Shown piece by piece: positions 1-7,252 of a stretch of DNA of 64,000 nucleotides. This stretch comes from Dehalococcoidia bacterium (GTDB lineage: Bacteria; Chloroflexota; Dehalococcoidia; Dehalococcoidales; UBA1222): contig QZJY01000070.1 in the NCBI GenBank assembly GCA_003597995.1, forward strand, positions 2,081 to 66,080, in the 5' to 3' direction. The notes beneath the pieces were generated by a model, which was not told where the DNA came from, ran no database searches, and was given only the letters and a program-made list of their open reading frames with translations. A program made the translations under genes and the position numbers. How positions within the stretch are numbered: position 1 is the stretch's first letter; each line of letters starts with the position of its first letter.

Positions 1-74
1 TTGAGTGCTTCATCTCGATTCATATTTTCTCCTTTCCTTTTTTGTTGCGAAGGTACTTACTGATTTGATGAGGT

Positions 75-875
75 TTAGCTTTTGACCACCTCCTTCTTTA
101 AGGATTCTTTGCTTGACAGGTCCTGGAAAAGGCAGGATAGCTCCTCGTTCCAGTAGGCTGGCGGCTTGTTCCTGAAGGTCACGAAGCGGAAGTCACTCAT
201 GTCGAGGGCAATGGTGGTGCTCTTGGCCAGCTTCTTGAGTCTCTCGGAGCATTCTTTCCAGGGTCTGCCGCCTCTTAGTTCCTGGAAGAAGTCAAAGGCC
301 CGCATGGAGAAGTCGGCTATTTCCTCCCGCTCGAACAGCTGATGGGCATAGGTGGGCTGCTTCCAGTGTATCTGGTCCACCTCGTGCACAATCCCGATAT
401 CGAGTTTCCTCGAATGGTGAGAGATGAATACTATGGTCTGGTGGCGCTGGCGGGATATGGCGATGAGGTTATCCAGTTCAATGGCGCCGGAGGACTGAGT
501 TCGGCGGGCATGGGCCGATTGGGCCGCTTCATCGTAGATTATCACGCCTCCCTTGGGCCACTGTTCGCGCCGTTCGACTATCTTCATCCATCCCGGCATC
601 AGGGCCTGCAGCTTTTTACGTGCTTTCTCCGGTACGTTGGGCAGATGAAGCACCGCCGGGGCCTTGTGCGTTTTGTGCAATGTCTCAGCGATAGCGTGGG
701 CTTCCACGCTCTTGCCCATACCCCTTTCGCCCATCAGCAGGATGACGCCGGGATAGGGCACGAACTTCAGCATGGTGGTCTCCACCGGTGCGTTGAGCAA
801 CACACGGGCGTACTTATCCTCATGCTGCTTGCGCCACTGCTTGAGCTTGTCTTGCCAGCTTTTGGTCATTGACAC
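75..875 (-). CDS. P-loop ATPase, Zot/pI- or A32-like (FtsK-HerA superfamily)
   Basis: Walker A GERGMGKS, Walker B IIYDEA, then RQRHQTIVFISH..KLD resembling Zot/A32 motifs; AGGAGG RBS. Confidence 0.65.
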   Translation of the reverse strand: MSMTKSWQDKLKQWRKQHEDKYARVLLNAPVETTMLKFVPYPGVILLMGERGMGKSVEAHAIAETLHKTHKAPAVLHLPNVPEKARKKLQALMPGWMKIVERREQWPKGGVIIYDEAAQSAHARRTQSSGAIELDNLIAISRQRHQTIVFISHHSRKLDIGIVHEVDQIHWKQPTYAHQLFEREEIADFSMRAFDFFQELRGGRPWKECSERLKKLAKSTTIALDMSDFRFVTFRNKPPAYWNEELSCLFQDLSSKESLKKEVVKS

Positions 876-933
876 CTCCTTTAATCAGATTTAACCAATA
901 GGGGCCAGCGGGAAACCCGATGGCCCCTACCAA

Positions 934-963
934 GGCTATTCCGACGAGCAGAGAAAATCGTTC
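934..963 (-). promoter_or_regulatory. Copy C of the element motif GAACGA-N13-TCGGAATAGCC (putative alternative-sigma promoter)
   Basis: Plus strand GGCTATTCCGA 934-944, 13 nt, TCGTTC 958-963; identical blocks and spacing at 3663-3692 and 3751-3780. Confidence 0.7.
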
Positions 964-979
964 AGGGCTATAAGTGTCT

Positions 980-2170
980 TTAGACTGCGACTGTTGTTTC
1001 AGCCCCCTGGTGGGTCTCGGCGGTTATCCTTTCCGCTTCGGCCACAGCAGCCGCGGTATCGTTGGACTGAGAGGGAGTGGACGACGTTTCCGGCGTCTTC
1101 TCCGCCCATTCCGCCACAAACATCGGCATGACGACATGCGCCTCCCCCTTTGACTTGAAGACAAGAGGTTTGTTTCCTTCCTTCCAGCGCAAGACCACCC
1201 GGCCGTCCGGCAACTGGTTCATGATGTCGGCCAGATATTTCGGATTGACCGCCACCTTTACCTTACCCTTCACCGGTATTTCCGCCCTGGTCCAGCAATC
1301 ATCATCCACGGTATACAGGGTGAGCTTTGCGCCCCTACTGAACAGGCGGATAGGATGATTATCGGGGTTACAAACCTGAATTAACCTCAGGGCTGATTTC
1401 ATATCTGCATTATCAAAACTGACTACCCTGCCATTTGTAGGAATGAGCTTTTCCCAATCTGGGTAGTTTCCCTGGACGGCCCTTGTTATTAAGAGACGCT
1501 CGGCGTCCTCAAACTGGACTAGCGTGTTGGCGTTACCGCCAGTTTTCACAATGCGTGCGTTAACCTTAACCTTGCCGGGGAAGATATCCCGGATAATCTG
1601 GCAGGCCCGGTTCTGGATTATGGCTTCCGGCAGTTTGCCGCTAGCTTTAAGCGTGGCCTGAGCCAGACGGAAGCCGTCGGCGGCCACCAGGCGGTTGCCG
1701 TCCATGTAAACCCCGGCTAGAACCGGCCTGTAATCCTCCTTAGTAGCGGCATAAGCCACATGGCCCAGAGCGGGTGAAAGACCGGCCACCGTAGCCGCCC
1801 GGCTCATTATCCGCCTAGGCAAGGGCGGATAGTCCCTGACGTTCCAGGCCTGAAGATCGGTCGACACTTTTCCGGCCTCTACCTTTACCTGCTTGGCCAC
1901 CAGACTGATAACGACGCTTTCGATAGCCAGGGCCTTCAGGAAGGCCACCAGCTTTTTCGTCTGGCATAGCGCCTCGCCTGGCCTTATGATTTTAGCCTTC
2001 ACCCGCCGCACCAGCGCGGTGTCCAGGTCAGTGCCGGCCACCATTAGGTATCCCTCTTTGGCCTGAAAAAGGGTGCAAGACCAAATAGGCAAGGTCGGTC
2101 TACTCGGGACGACCTTGTTTATGTCCCCCAGGAGACCCAGCAGCTTGAGACGGTTTACTGTTAGTTTCAT
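980..2170 (-). CDS. dnaN: DNA polymerase III beta sliding clamp homologue (element-encoded)
   Basis: GTDLD, DYPPLP, RPVLAGVY, AADGFRLA, GNYPDWEKLIP, NPKYLAD, VVMPM motifs; no dnaA adjacent. Confidence 0.85.
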   Translation of the reverse strand: MKLTVNRLKLLGLLGDINKVVPSRPTLPIWSCTLFQAKEGYLMVAGTDLDTALVRRVKAKIIRPGEALCQTKKLVAFLKALAIESVVISLVAKQVKVEAGKVSTDLQAWNVRDYPPLPRRIMSRAATVAGLSPALGHVAYAATKEDYRPVLAGVYMDGNRLVAADGFRLAQATLKASGKLPEAIIQNRACQIIRDIFPGKVKVNARIVKTGGNANTLVQFEDAERLLITRAVQGNYPDWEKLIPTNGRVVSFDNADMKSALRLIQVCNPDNHPIRLFSRGAKLTLYTVDDDCWTRAEIPVKGKVKVAVNPKYLADIMNQLPDGRVVLRWKEGNKPLVFKSKGEAHVVMPMFVAEWAEKTPETSSTPSQSNDTAAAVAEAERITAETHQGAETTVAV

Positions 2171-2226
2171 GCTTTCCTCTCCTTCGATTTTTGATTGGGG
2201 TATTAATCACCCCCTCTAAACAAAAT

Positions 2227-2256
2227 GAGGCCTGCGAGTTTTTTTTCGCAGGCCTC
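2227..2256 (-). terminator. Hairpin/probable intrinsic terminator
   Basis: GAGGCCTGCGA / TCGCAGGCCTC 11-bp stem; ATTTTG follows on the minus strand. Confidence 0.55.
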
Positions 2257-2268
2257 TATTCGTCTAAC

Positions 2269-2460
2269 CTATCCGGCGATCTTGACGGCGCAGACGATCT
2301 GATACTTCTGGCCGGTCTCGTCCCGGGCCTGGCCGAAGATGGAGGCCTTGCCGGTGCTAGTCTGTTTCTCCCATGCGTTCAGGATGATGAGCTGCTTGAC
2401 CGGTGAGCGAGGGCAGGGAGCCTTGACCTTGTTTTCCTTTTTGTTCGTAATAACTGCCAT
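2269..2460 (-). CDS. Small hypothetical protein
   Basis: 63-aa ORF with AAGGGGG RBS, co-oriented in the operon. Confidence 0.6.
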   Translation of the reverse strand: MAVITNKKENKVKAPCPRSPVKQLIILNAWEKQTSTGKASIFGQARDETGQKYQIVCAVKIAG

Positions 2461-2473
2461 GTAATCCCCCTTC

Positions 2474-2800
2474 TTATGCGCCTACTGTCCGCAGGACGCA
2501 CTTTTTGAACTCCTTGATCTGGTCACGGCTGAAGCCGTCGCAATAGGTGTCCAGATTGATGGTTTTAGCTTTGGGTAGCTTGGTGGGGTCACGCTTGAGC
2601 TGGATAGGGTGAAGGCGGCTGTCGAACGGAGACTTGACCAAGCCGACCACGAAGCCCTTATAGGTCAGGAATTTCGAAGGCTCGGTCTTAGCTTTGCTCC
2701 TATCGGATTGAATTTTCTCGAAGCAAACCTTGCAATAATTGCCGTTGCCGTTGATGGGCCGTACATCGCAGATAGGACATTTAACCTTCGGTTTGGTCAT
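2474..2800 (-). CDS. Basic hypothetical protein with N-terminal CxxC...CxxC zinc finger
   Basis: CPIC...CKVC; AAGGGGGTGA RBS. Confidence 0.7.
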   Translation of the reverse strand: MTKPKVKCPICDVRPINGNGNYCKVCFEKIQSDRSKAKTEPSKFLTYKGFVVGLVKSPFDSRLHPIQLKRDPTKLPKAKTINLDTYCDGFSRDQIKEFKKCVLRTVGA

Positions 2801-2819
2801 AGGTCACCCCCTTATTTAC

Positions 2820-3660
2820 TTTTTGACATCATCCCCGCCCTCAAACCGGGGAGGCTTGAGGGCAGTCATCATGCCAAAAGGCACGAATTTACCCCTGGTC
2901 ATGACAGGGGCACTGTGCCATGCCTAAACAAAATTGGAGGTTTAGAATACGATTACCCGATGCGTGTTTAACGCTCGAATACTCGCATAGTCGGTTAAGG
3001 GCAAAAGGCTTGCTTACTGCCTCGACCAGCAACGCCGGACGTAACCCGAACTAAGCCCGCAGAGCCTCTAGCGAGGGTGCAGGTAGATTACACCTGGCGC
3101 AAACGCTGGCTGTCCCTCGTACTCTTGAGAGTGGGGTAAGCCACCACAGCCGTGCTATGCGCTACGGTAAAAGAACCGACCCACCAACTAAGGCATGGTG
3201 GCACAGTTATCCCCGTCCCCGGTCTTTTACCACCACCGGCAGTGGTCCCTGGGTATTAGTCCCCCAGGGCCTGGACCGCAGATTTAGGGCTGCGGTTCCC
3301 ACCGCATTCATGCCTTATGGCAACCATCAGCGGTGATAGGCTACGGGCTTGAGCGCCTTATCCCCATGCCGCCGTTGTCCGTGAACACCTTGAGCCGTAG
3401 TTCAGCCGGTAGCGCGGGTTCGGTCTAGCGGTGTGTTAAAGCCTTAGCGTGAAGGCATGCGTGCCCCGTCCTGAGACCAGCCCGGGAGGGCGCATGCTCG
3501 TTTTCGGCCTTAACCTTAAGGCTAGGGTGAGCGCGGTATCTCTTAAATGGGGAGCAGGCTCCCCAGATTGAGAACGTGGGAGAATAGAGGCCATTGCCGA
3601 CTTGCTATTCTCTTATTTGAATTAAGAGCGAAGCTAGCTTGTAGCTTCAACCCTTACACT
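2820..3660 (-). ncRNA. Candidate large structured non-coding RNA or giant 5' leader (~840 nt)
   Basis: No credible ORF; more than 15 stems including nested long-range pairings; G-U pairs and a GCAA tetraloop work on the minus strand; begins just downstream of motif copy A. Confidence 0.6.
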
Positions 3661-3662
3661 AT

Positions 3663-3692
3663 GGCTATTCCGAATGCTTTGGAATTTCGTTC
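3663..3692 (-). promoter_or_regulatory. Copy A of motif GAACGA-N13-TCGGAATAGCC
   Basis: Part of a 42-bp imperfect direct repeat, 3654-3695 versus 3742-3783. Confidence 0.7.
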
Positions 3693-3705
3693 TAGATAGG
3701 AAAAA

Positions 3706-3739
3706 GAATAATGGCTAGCTTTAAAGCTAGCCATTATTC
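3706..3739 (-). terminator. Perfect 34-bp palindrome; intrinsic terminator for the sigma-like gene
   Basis: GAATAATGGCTAGCTTTAAAGCTAGCCATTATTC followed by TTTTT on the minus strand. Confidence 0.75.
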
Positions 3740-3750
3740 AATTACATTAT

Positions 3751-3780
3751 GGCTATTCCGATTGGATTTAACTTTCGTTC
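3751..3780 (-). promoter_or_regulatory. Copy B of motif GAACGA-N13-TCGGAATAGCC
   Basis: GGCTATTCCGA 3751-3761, TCGTTC 3775-3780; touches the stop codon of the sigma-like gene. Confidence 0.7.
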
Positions 3781-4379
3781 TAGCAGCTTTGCGCTAAAGC
3801 TAAAATAGATTTAGCTTTCGGTGTTCTAGTGAAATTGTAGATTGCCTTGCGCTCAATGTTAGTCAGCGCCTTGCCAGATAGTCTTTTAGCCACGAGTGGC
3901 TTAATATTATCTGGCAGCTTCTGCCAGATATTCGAGGCGTCAATATTTGAGCATTCACGGGCCTCAAACTCGCAATCCCCGACCAGCAATTCTGAAGCTC
4001 GAATTTCGTTGCCATCATCATCTTGAATGGAGATGTCATAGCTTTGAAGTGTTGTCTTGTGTTCTCTATACCATGAGTCAAGCCAGTTTTTCCAATCGCA
4101 ACGAGCTATCGAATAGGCATTGATTTCAGATTGGGGATTAGCCTCATAACATCTGGTGACCAATTCCTGGAATAAATCCTCGCGTTCTGCTTTCGGGCAC
4201 TTGCTGGAGAATACATAGGCCGCCGTTAAAGCCATTTTTGAGGACTTGTCCAGCTTTTTGAGTATTGAGATATAGGCCTCGATTTTACTGGTAAAATCTT
4301 GTCCTTCAATGGGCATGTTTTTAACCAGCATTTTGGCTATATCCCTTAAAGTTACCTTGACCATTTTTGAATTTAACAT
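3780..4379 (-). CDS. Divergent sigma70/ECF-like sigma factor
   Basis: Region-2-like EREDLFQEL...YSIARCDWKNWL, linker SYDISIQDDDGNE, region-4-like IWQKLPDNIKPLV; start moved to ATG 4379 (GGAG RBS 7 nt upstream). Confidence 0.6.
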   Translation of the reverse strand: MLNSKMVKVTLRDIAKMLVKNMPIEGQDFTSKIEAYISILKKLDKSSKMALTAAYVFSSKCPKAEREDLFQELVTRCYEANPQSEINAYSIARCDWKNWLDSWYREHKTTLQSYDISIQDDDGNEIRASELLVGDCEFEARECSNIDASNIWQKLPDNIKPLVAKRLSGKALTNIERKAIYNFTRTPKAKSILALAQSC

Positions 4380-4817
4380 TTTTTCGCTCCATTTTTTATT
4401 TTGATTTAGAAATGTTAAATCCAATAGGAAATAGCTTCGATATTCAGTTTTTAAGGTGCAACAATCTACCTATAGCATGTAACAAAAGGAGCGATTGTAC
4501 ATGATCAGAATGAACCTACATTTACGTGGTCGGCAGTTCCTAGCTTTGGGAAGATAAGAAAATGCCTTGAGGCTAAAAGGGGCTAAATCACACAAAGCGT
4601 AGTGCCATTACAGAGGTCTAATGGCCGAGGTACAACTACAGCGCTTGCCAGGGGCAGAGTGACTGCACTTTACGTTTAATGGCCGATGGAATTGTGCAAT
4701 GGTAAGAGGGGAGAGTGATTACCTTGTCTCAGTGTCTTCGAAAGCTCGTACAGGCGCCATGAAGTCTCAGAAAGGGGCTGAAGGCACGGTTAGGGGGTTG
4801 GGGGGTTGCAGGTTAAA

Positions 4818-5321
4818 TTATAGACTTCGTTGGGGATTAGCCCAGGAGAAGCCCGGGGCGGCTATGCCTGCGGCAGTCAGCCTAAAATACTTTCGGGGCT
4901 GGCCTGAGGGATAGTTATCCTGGAAGGCAGACGGCTCTTCACGCCCTGTGGCCTCTACCCAACCCAATCTTTGCAGCATGGAGAAGTAGACCACAAAGGA
5001 ATGATAGCGGCAGCCGTGGGACTTGTAAGGCATGCGGTGAGCATAGCGGTCCGCGAGCGTCTGTATGTTTTCGGGATTAATAGGCCGCTTTTCTTTCTTG
5101 GCCTGCTTTTCTTCATTCCTGATGGCTCTATCCATAGCCGTTTCTCTGATGAGCGCCATCTTGTAGTCATAGAAAATATCCGCTTGGCAGGCTCCGGTGG
5201 ACGAGTCTATCGCCTTTGAGGCGTAAGGGCCGTTTCCCGCCAGGTACTCCCTGATAAACCAGGCGCAACCGAAAGGCCGGAGGAAACCACCACGTCTAGG
5301 CCTTATGAGCTCCCGTGTCAT
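4818..5321 (-). CDS. Hypothetical protein with winged-helix-like C-terminus
   Basis: LQRLGWVE...PRKYFRLTAAG resembles a PadR-type wing; start overlaps the integrase 3' end. Confidence 0.6.
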   Translation of the reverse strand: MTRELIRPRRGGFLRPFGCAWFIREYLAGNGPYASKAIDSSTGACQADIFYDYKMALIRETAMDRAIRNEEKQAKKEKRPINPENIQTLADRYAHRMPYKSHGCRYHSFVVYFSMLQRLGWVEATGREEPSAFQDNYPSGQPRKYFRLTAAGIAAPGFSWANPQRSL

Positions 5322-6009
5322 GTTCCTCCCATAACCCGTCGTACCAGCGTTTGAGTTCTTCCCCTGCGACCTTGCGGTAGCGGGCGGTAGTGTTGAAGCT
5401 CTGGTGACCTAAATGCTCTTGGAGCATCCTGAGCCCATCTCCCGAGTCGTCGTGCTTTACGGCATTTACGGCAAAGGCATCTCTCAATTTGTGAGGGCTG
5501 ACATGGTGCATCTTCCCGGTGGTGGGATTTAAGAGCTGAGGAAAACCCGCTCTTTCGGCGCATTCTTTAACGATCTGCCAGGCCCGGCCTCGGTTAATAC
5601 CAAAAAGGAGTTCCTTATCGTTCTTAATTACCAAACCGCCCTTTTTTACATACTTTTTAAAAAGATTGAGTGTCTCACCATCAAGAGGAACCACCCGGTA
5701 CCGCTTTTCTTCCTGCTTTACCTTCTCCGCCTCTGTAACCATCTTTCCACACTTAGGGCAGTATTGATGCGCTCTCCCCAATCTGGTCTTACAAGAAGGA
5801 CAGAAGAGGCGGCTTCGGCACTTTAAGTGCCTGATGGTCACCGTGCCTGATGTAAAGTCGATATCCTTTATCTCAATGGATAAGGCTTCGCTTACCCGGC
5901 AACCCAGATGGAATAAGAGGCGGATAAGGAGTTTATCCCTGGTGTTGCCCGCTGCTTCTGTAAGCTTCGTCACGTCTGCTATTTCAAGGTAGGCTTTCAT
6001 GCTCATCAT
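5296..6009 (-). CDS. Tyrosine recombinase (catalytic domain only) with inserted zinc ribbon
   Basis: GCRVSEA (R), HKLR (HxxR), LGH, TARY (Y); CPSC...CPKC insertion. Confidence 0.9.
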   Translation of the reverse strand: MMSMKAYLEIADVTKLTEAAGNTRDKLLIRLLFHLGCRVSEALSIEIKDIDFTSGTVTIRHLKCRSRLFCPSCKTRLGRAHQYCPKCGKMVTEAEKVKQEEKRYRVVPLDGETLNLFKKYVKKGGLVIKNDKELLFGINRGRAWQIVKECAERAGFPQLLNPTTGKMHHVSPHKLRDAFAVNAVKHDDSGDGLRMLQEHLGHQSFNTTARYRKVAGEELKRWYDGLWEEHDTGAHKA

Positions 6010-6160
6010 CTCTGCGACTTGTTTTACCGGTTTTATCTTTAAGCCGCTTATTATCTCTCAGGTAGGCCTCGGCGATGATACCGGCAAGTATCTTTAAGCC
6101 CGCATTGAACTCCTCGCTCTCAGGCCCTCTATTCTCTTCTCTCGCCTTGCTATCCTGCAC
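5984..6160 (-). CDS. Possible 58-aa protein upstream of and overlapping the integrase start (not in ORF track)
   Basis: GTG..TGA, MQDSKAREENRGPESEEFNAGLKILAGIIAEAYLRD...; weak RBS. Confidence 0.4.
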   Translation of the reverse strand: MQDSKAREENRGPESEEFNAGLKILAGIIAEAYLRDNKRLKDKTGKTSRRDDEHESLP

Positions 6161-6220
6161 GCTATCAGGTTAACACGCTCCCGCCAAGATTGCACAACAA
6201 TAAATATTGTATATTACCTA

Positions 6221-6249
6221 TTGACAAAAGCATTAAATAGCAATATAAT
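6221..6249 (+). promoter_or_regulatory. Consensus sigma70 promoter for the 6302/7253 operon
   Basis: TTGACA-17 nt-TATAAT. Confidence 0.8.
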
Positions 6250-6301
6250 GCATATAAACAAGCCAGCATAAATCTGAAATGGCAAGAGAAAGAGGAATTT
6301 T

Positions 6302-7204
6302 ATGCCTCGTAAATACAGTGCCGATGACCGGGCGAAATGGCTCAGCCTTTCCGAGAAAGGTAAATCCGAGTCTTATATTGCTAACTACTACAAAAAGGAC
6401 CTCCGTACCATAAAATCGGGAATAATCCAAGCAAGACGCGAGCAAGAATCTAGGGAAGCCCGCATCGGTCTTATCCGGGATGCTCTCAAGAAGCACCAGG
6501 AAAGACTATTGGAATATCTCAATATACTTGAACGCTCCTTTGAGCTCCCGTCCGTTGAATTGGAGCCCCTCTCCTGGTACCCTCAAGAAGAGAACTCTGT
6601 TTTCTTAGAGAAGAAAGAGGCCAGAGAACGCTTTAAGAAGGGAAGGCCTACGGAGGACGAAGGTAAACCCTCTATGCTTAGGCAGCACCTCAGGAATAAT
6701 CGCCTCTGGCGAGCCATTGCCCTATGGAATGAATCTTACACCGAGCATATGCTTACCCGCCTGGAGCTTCAGTATAAGACCATCTCCCTCATTAGGGAGA
6801 AGACGGGTCTGCCCGTGCTGGCGGATTCTCAAGCCAAAGAGCCGCCTTTTGTCTACAGCTATAATGCCTGTCATGTTTTATACAAGTATGCCCTAAGCTT
6901 TGCTATCTCCGGAAAAAGTGACGCGGAGCTATGCGAGAGGATCCATGCCGATAATAGCCGCCACTGGGTGGTGTTGGATGTGGGGACCATCATGGCTGAA
7001 CTTCAAGGTAATGAGGATAAGTACCGTTCTCTTATTCTTCAAGCTTATCAAGAGCTCAAGAAGGCGCCAGAGCTGGAAGCGGTAATTACAGCCTATAGAA
7101 CGCTTGAGAAACTTGCTCCACCCCTAAAAGATGTAATTTCTGATTATCTGGCGCTTGGCTTATTACCGGGAACTTGCTCCGTCTGTGAACGCATCGGAAC
7201 CTAG
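6302..7204 (+). CDS. Hypothetical protein (HTH-like N-terminus, C-terminal CxxC), probable element regulator
   Basis: 300-aa ORF, GAGGA RBS, ends PGTCSVC; directly upstream of the recombinase. Confidence 0.7.
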   Translation: MPRKYSADDRAKWLSLSEKGKSESYIANYYKKDLRTIKSGIIQARREQESREARIGLIRDALKKHQERLLEYLNILERSFELPSVELEPLSWYPQEENSVFLEKKEARERFKKGRPTEDEGKPSMLRQHLRNNRLWRAIALWNESYTEHMLTRLELQYKTISLIREKTGLPVLADSQAKEPPFVYSYNACHVLYKYALSFAISGKSDAELCERIHADNSRHWVVLDVGTIMAELQGNEDKYRSLILQAYQELKKAPELEAVITAYRTLEKLAPPLKDVISDYLALGLLPGTCSVCERIGT

Positions 7205-7252
7205 TGAACCAGGGGATAGGGAATGCAGGGTAAGTGAACGAGGAGGAATGAA

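Noticed and set aside
980..2170. dnaN as a marker of the chromosomal origin
   Set aside because: No dnaA/recF/gyrB or DnaA-box cluster; lies inside the island
2609..2971. Plus-strand ORFs 2609-2971 and 2739-2927
   Set aside because: Antisense to a gene with a good RBS, no motifs, overlap structured non-coding sequence
2820..3660. Group II intron, RNase P or tmRNA identity for the structured region
   Set aside because: No convincing domain V (GAGCCG at 3392 does not complete the hairpin), no GAGGAAAGUCC, no tRNA-like ends, no RT/maturase
3654..3783. 42-bp direct repeats as a mini CRISPR array
   Set aside because: Only two adjacent copies with a variable middle, the intervening sequence is a terminator palindrome, a third copy is 2.7 kb away, and there are no cas genes
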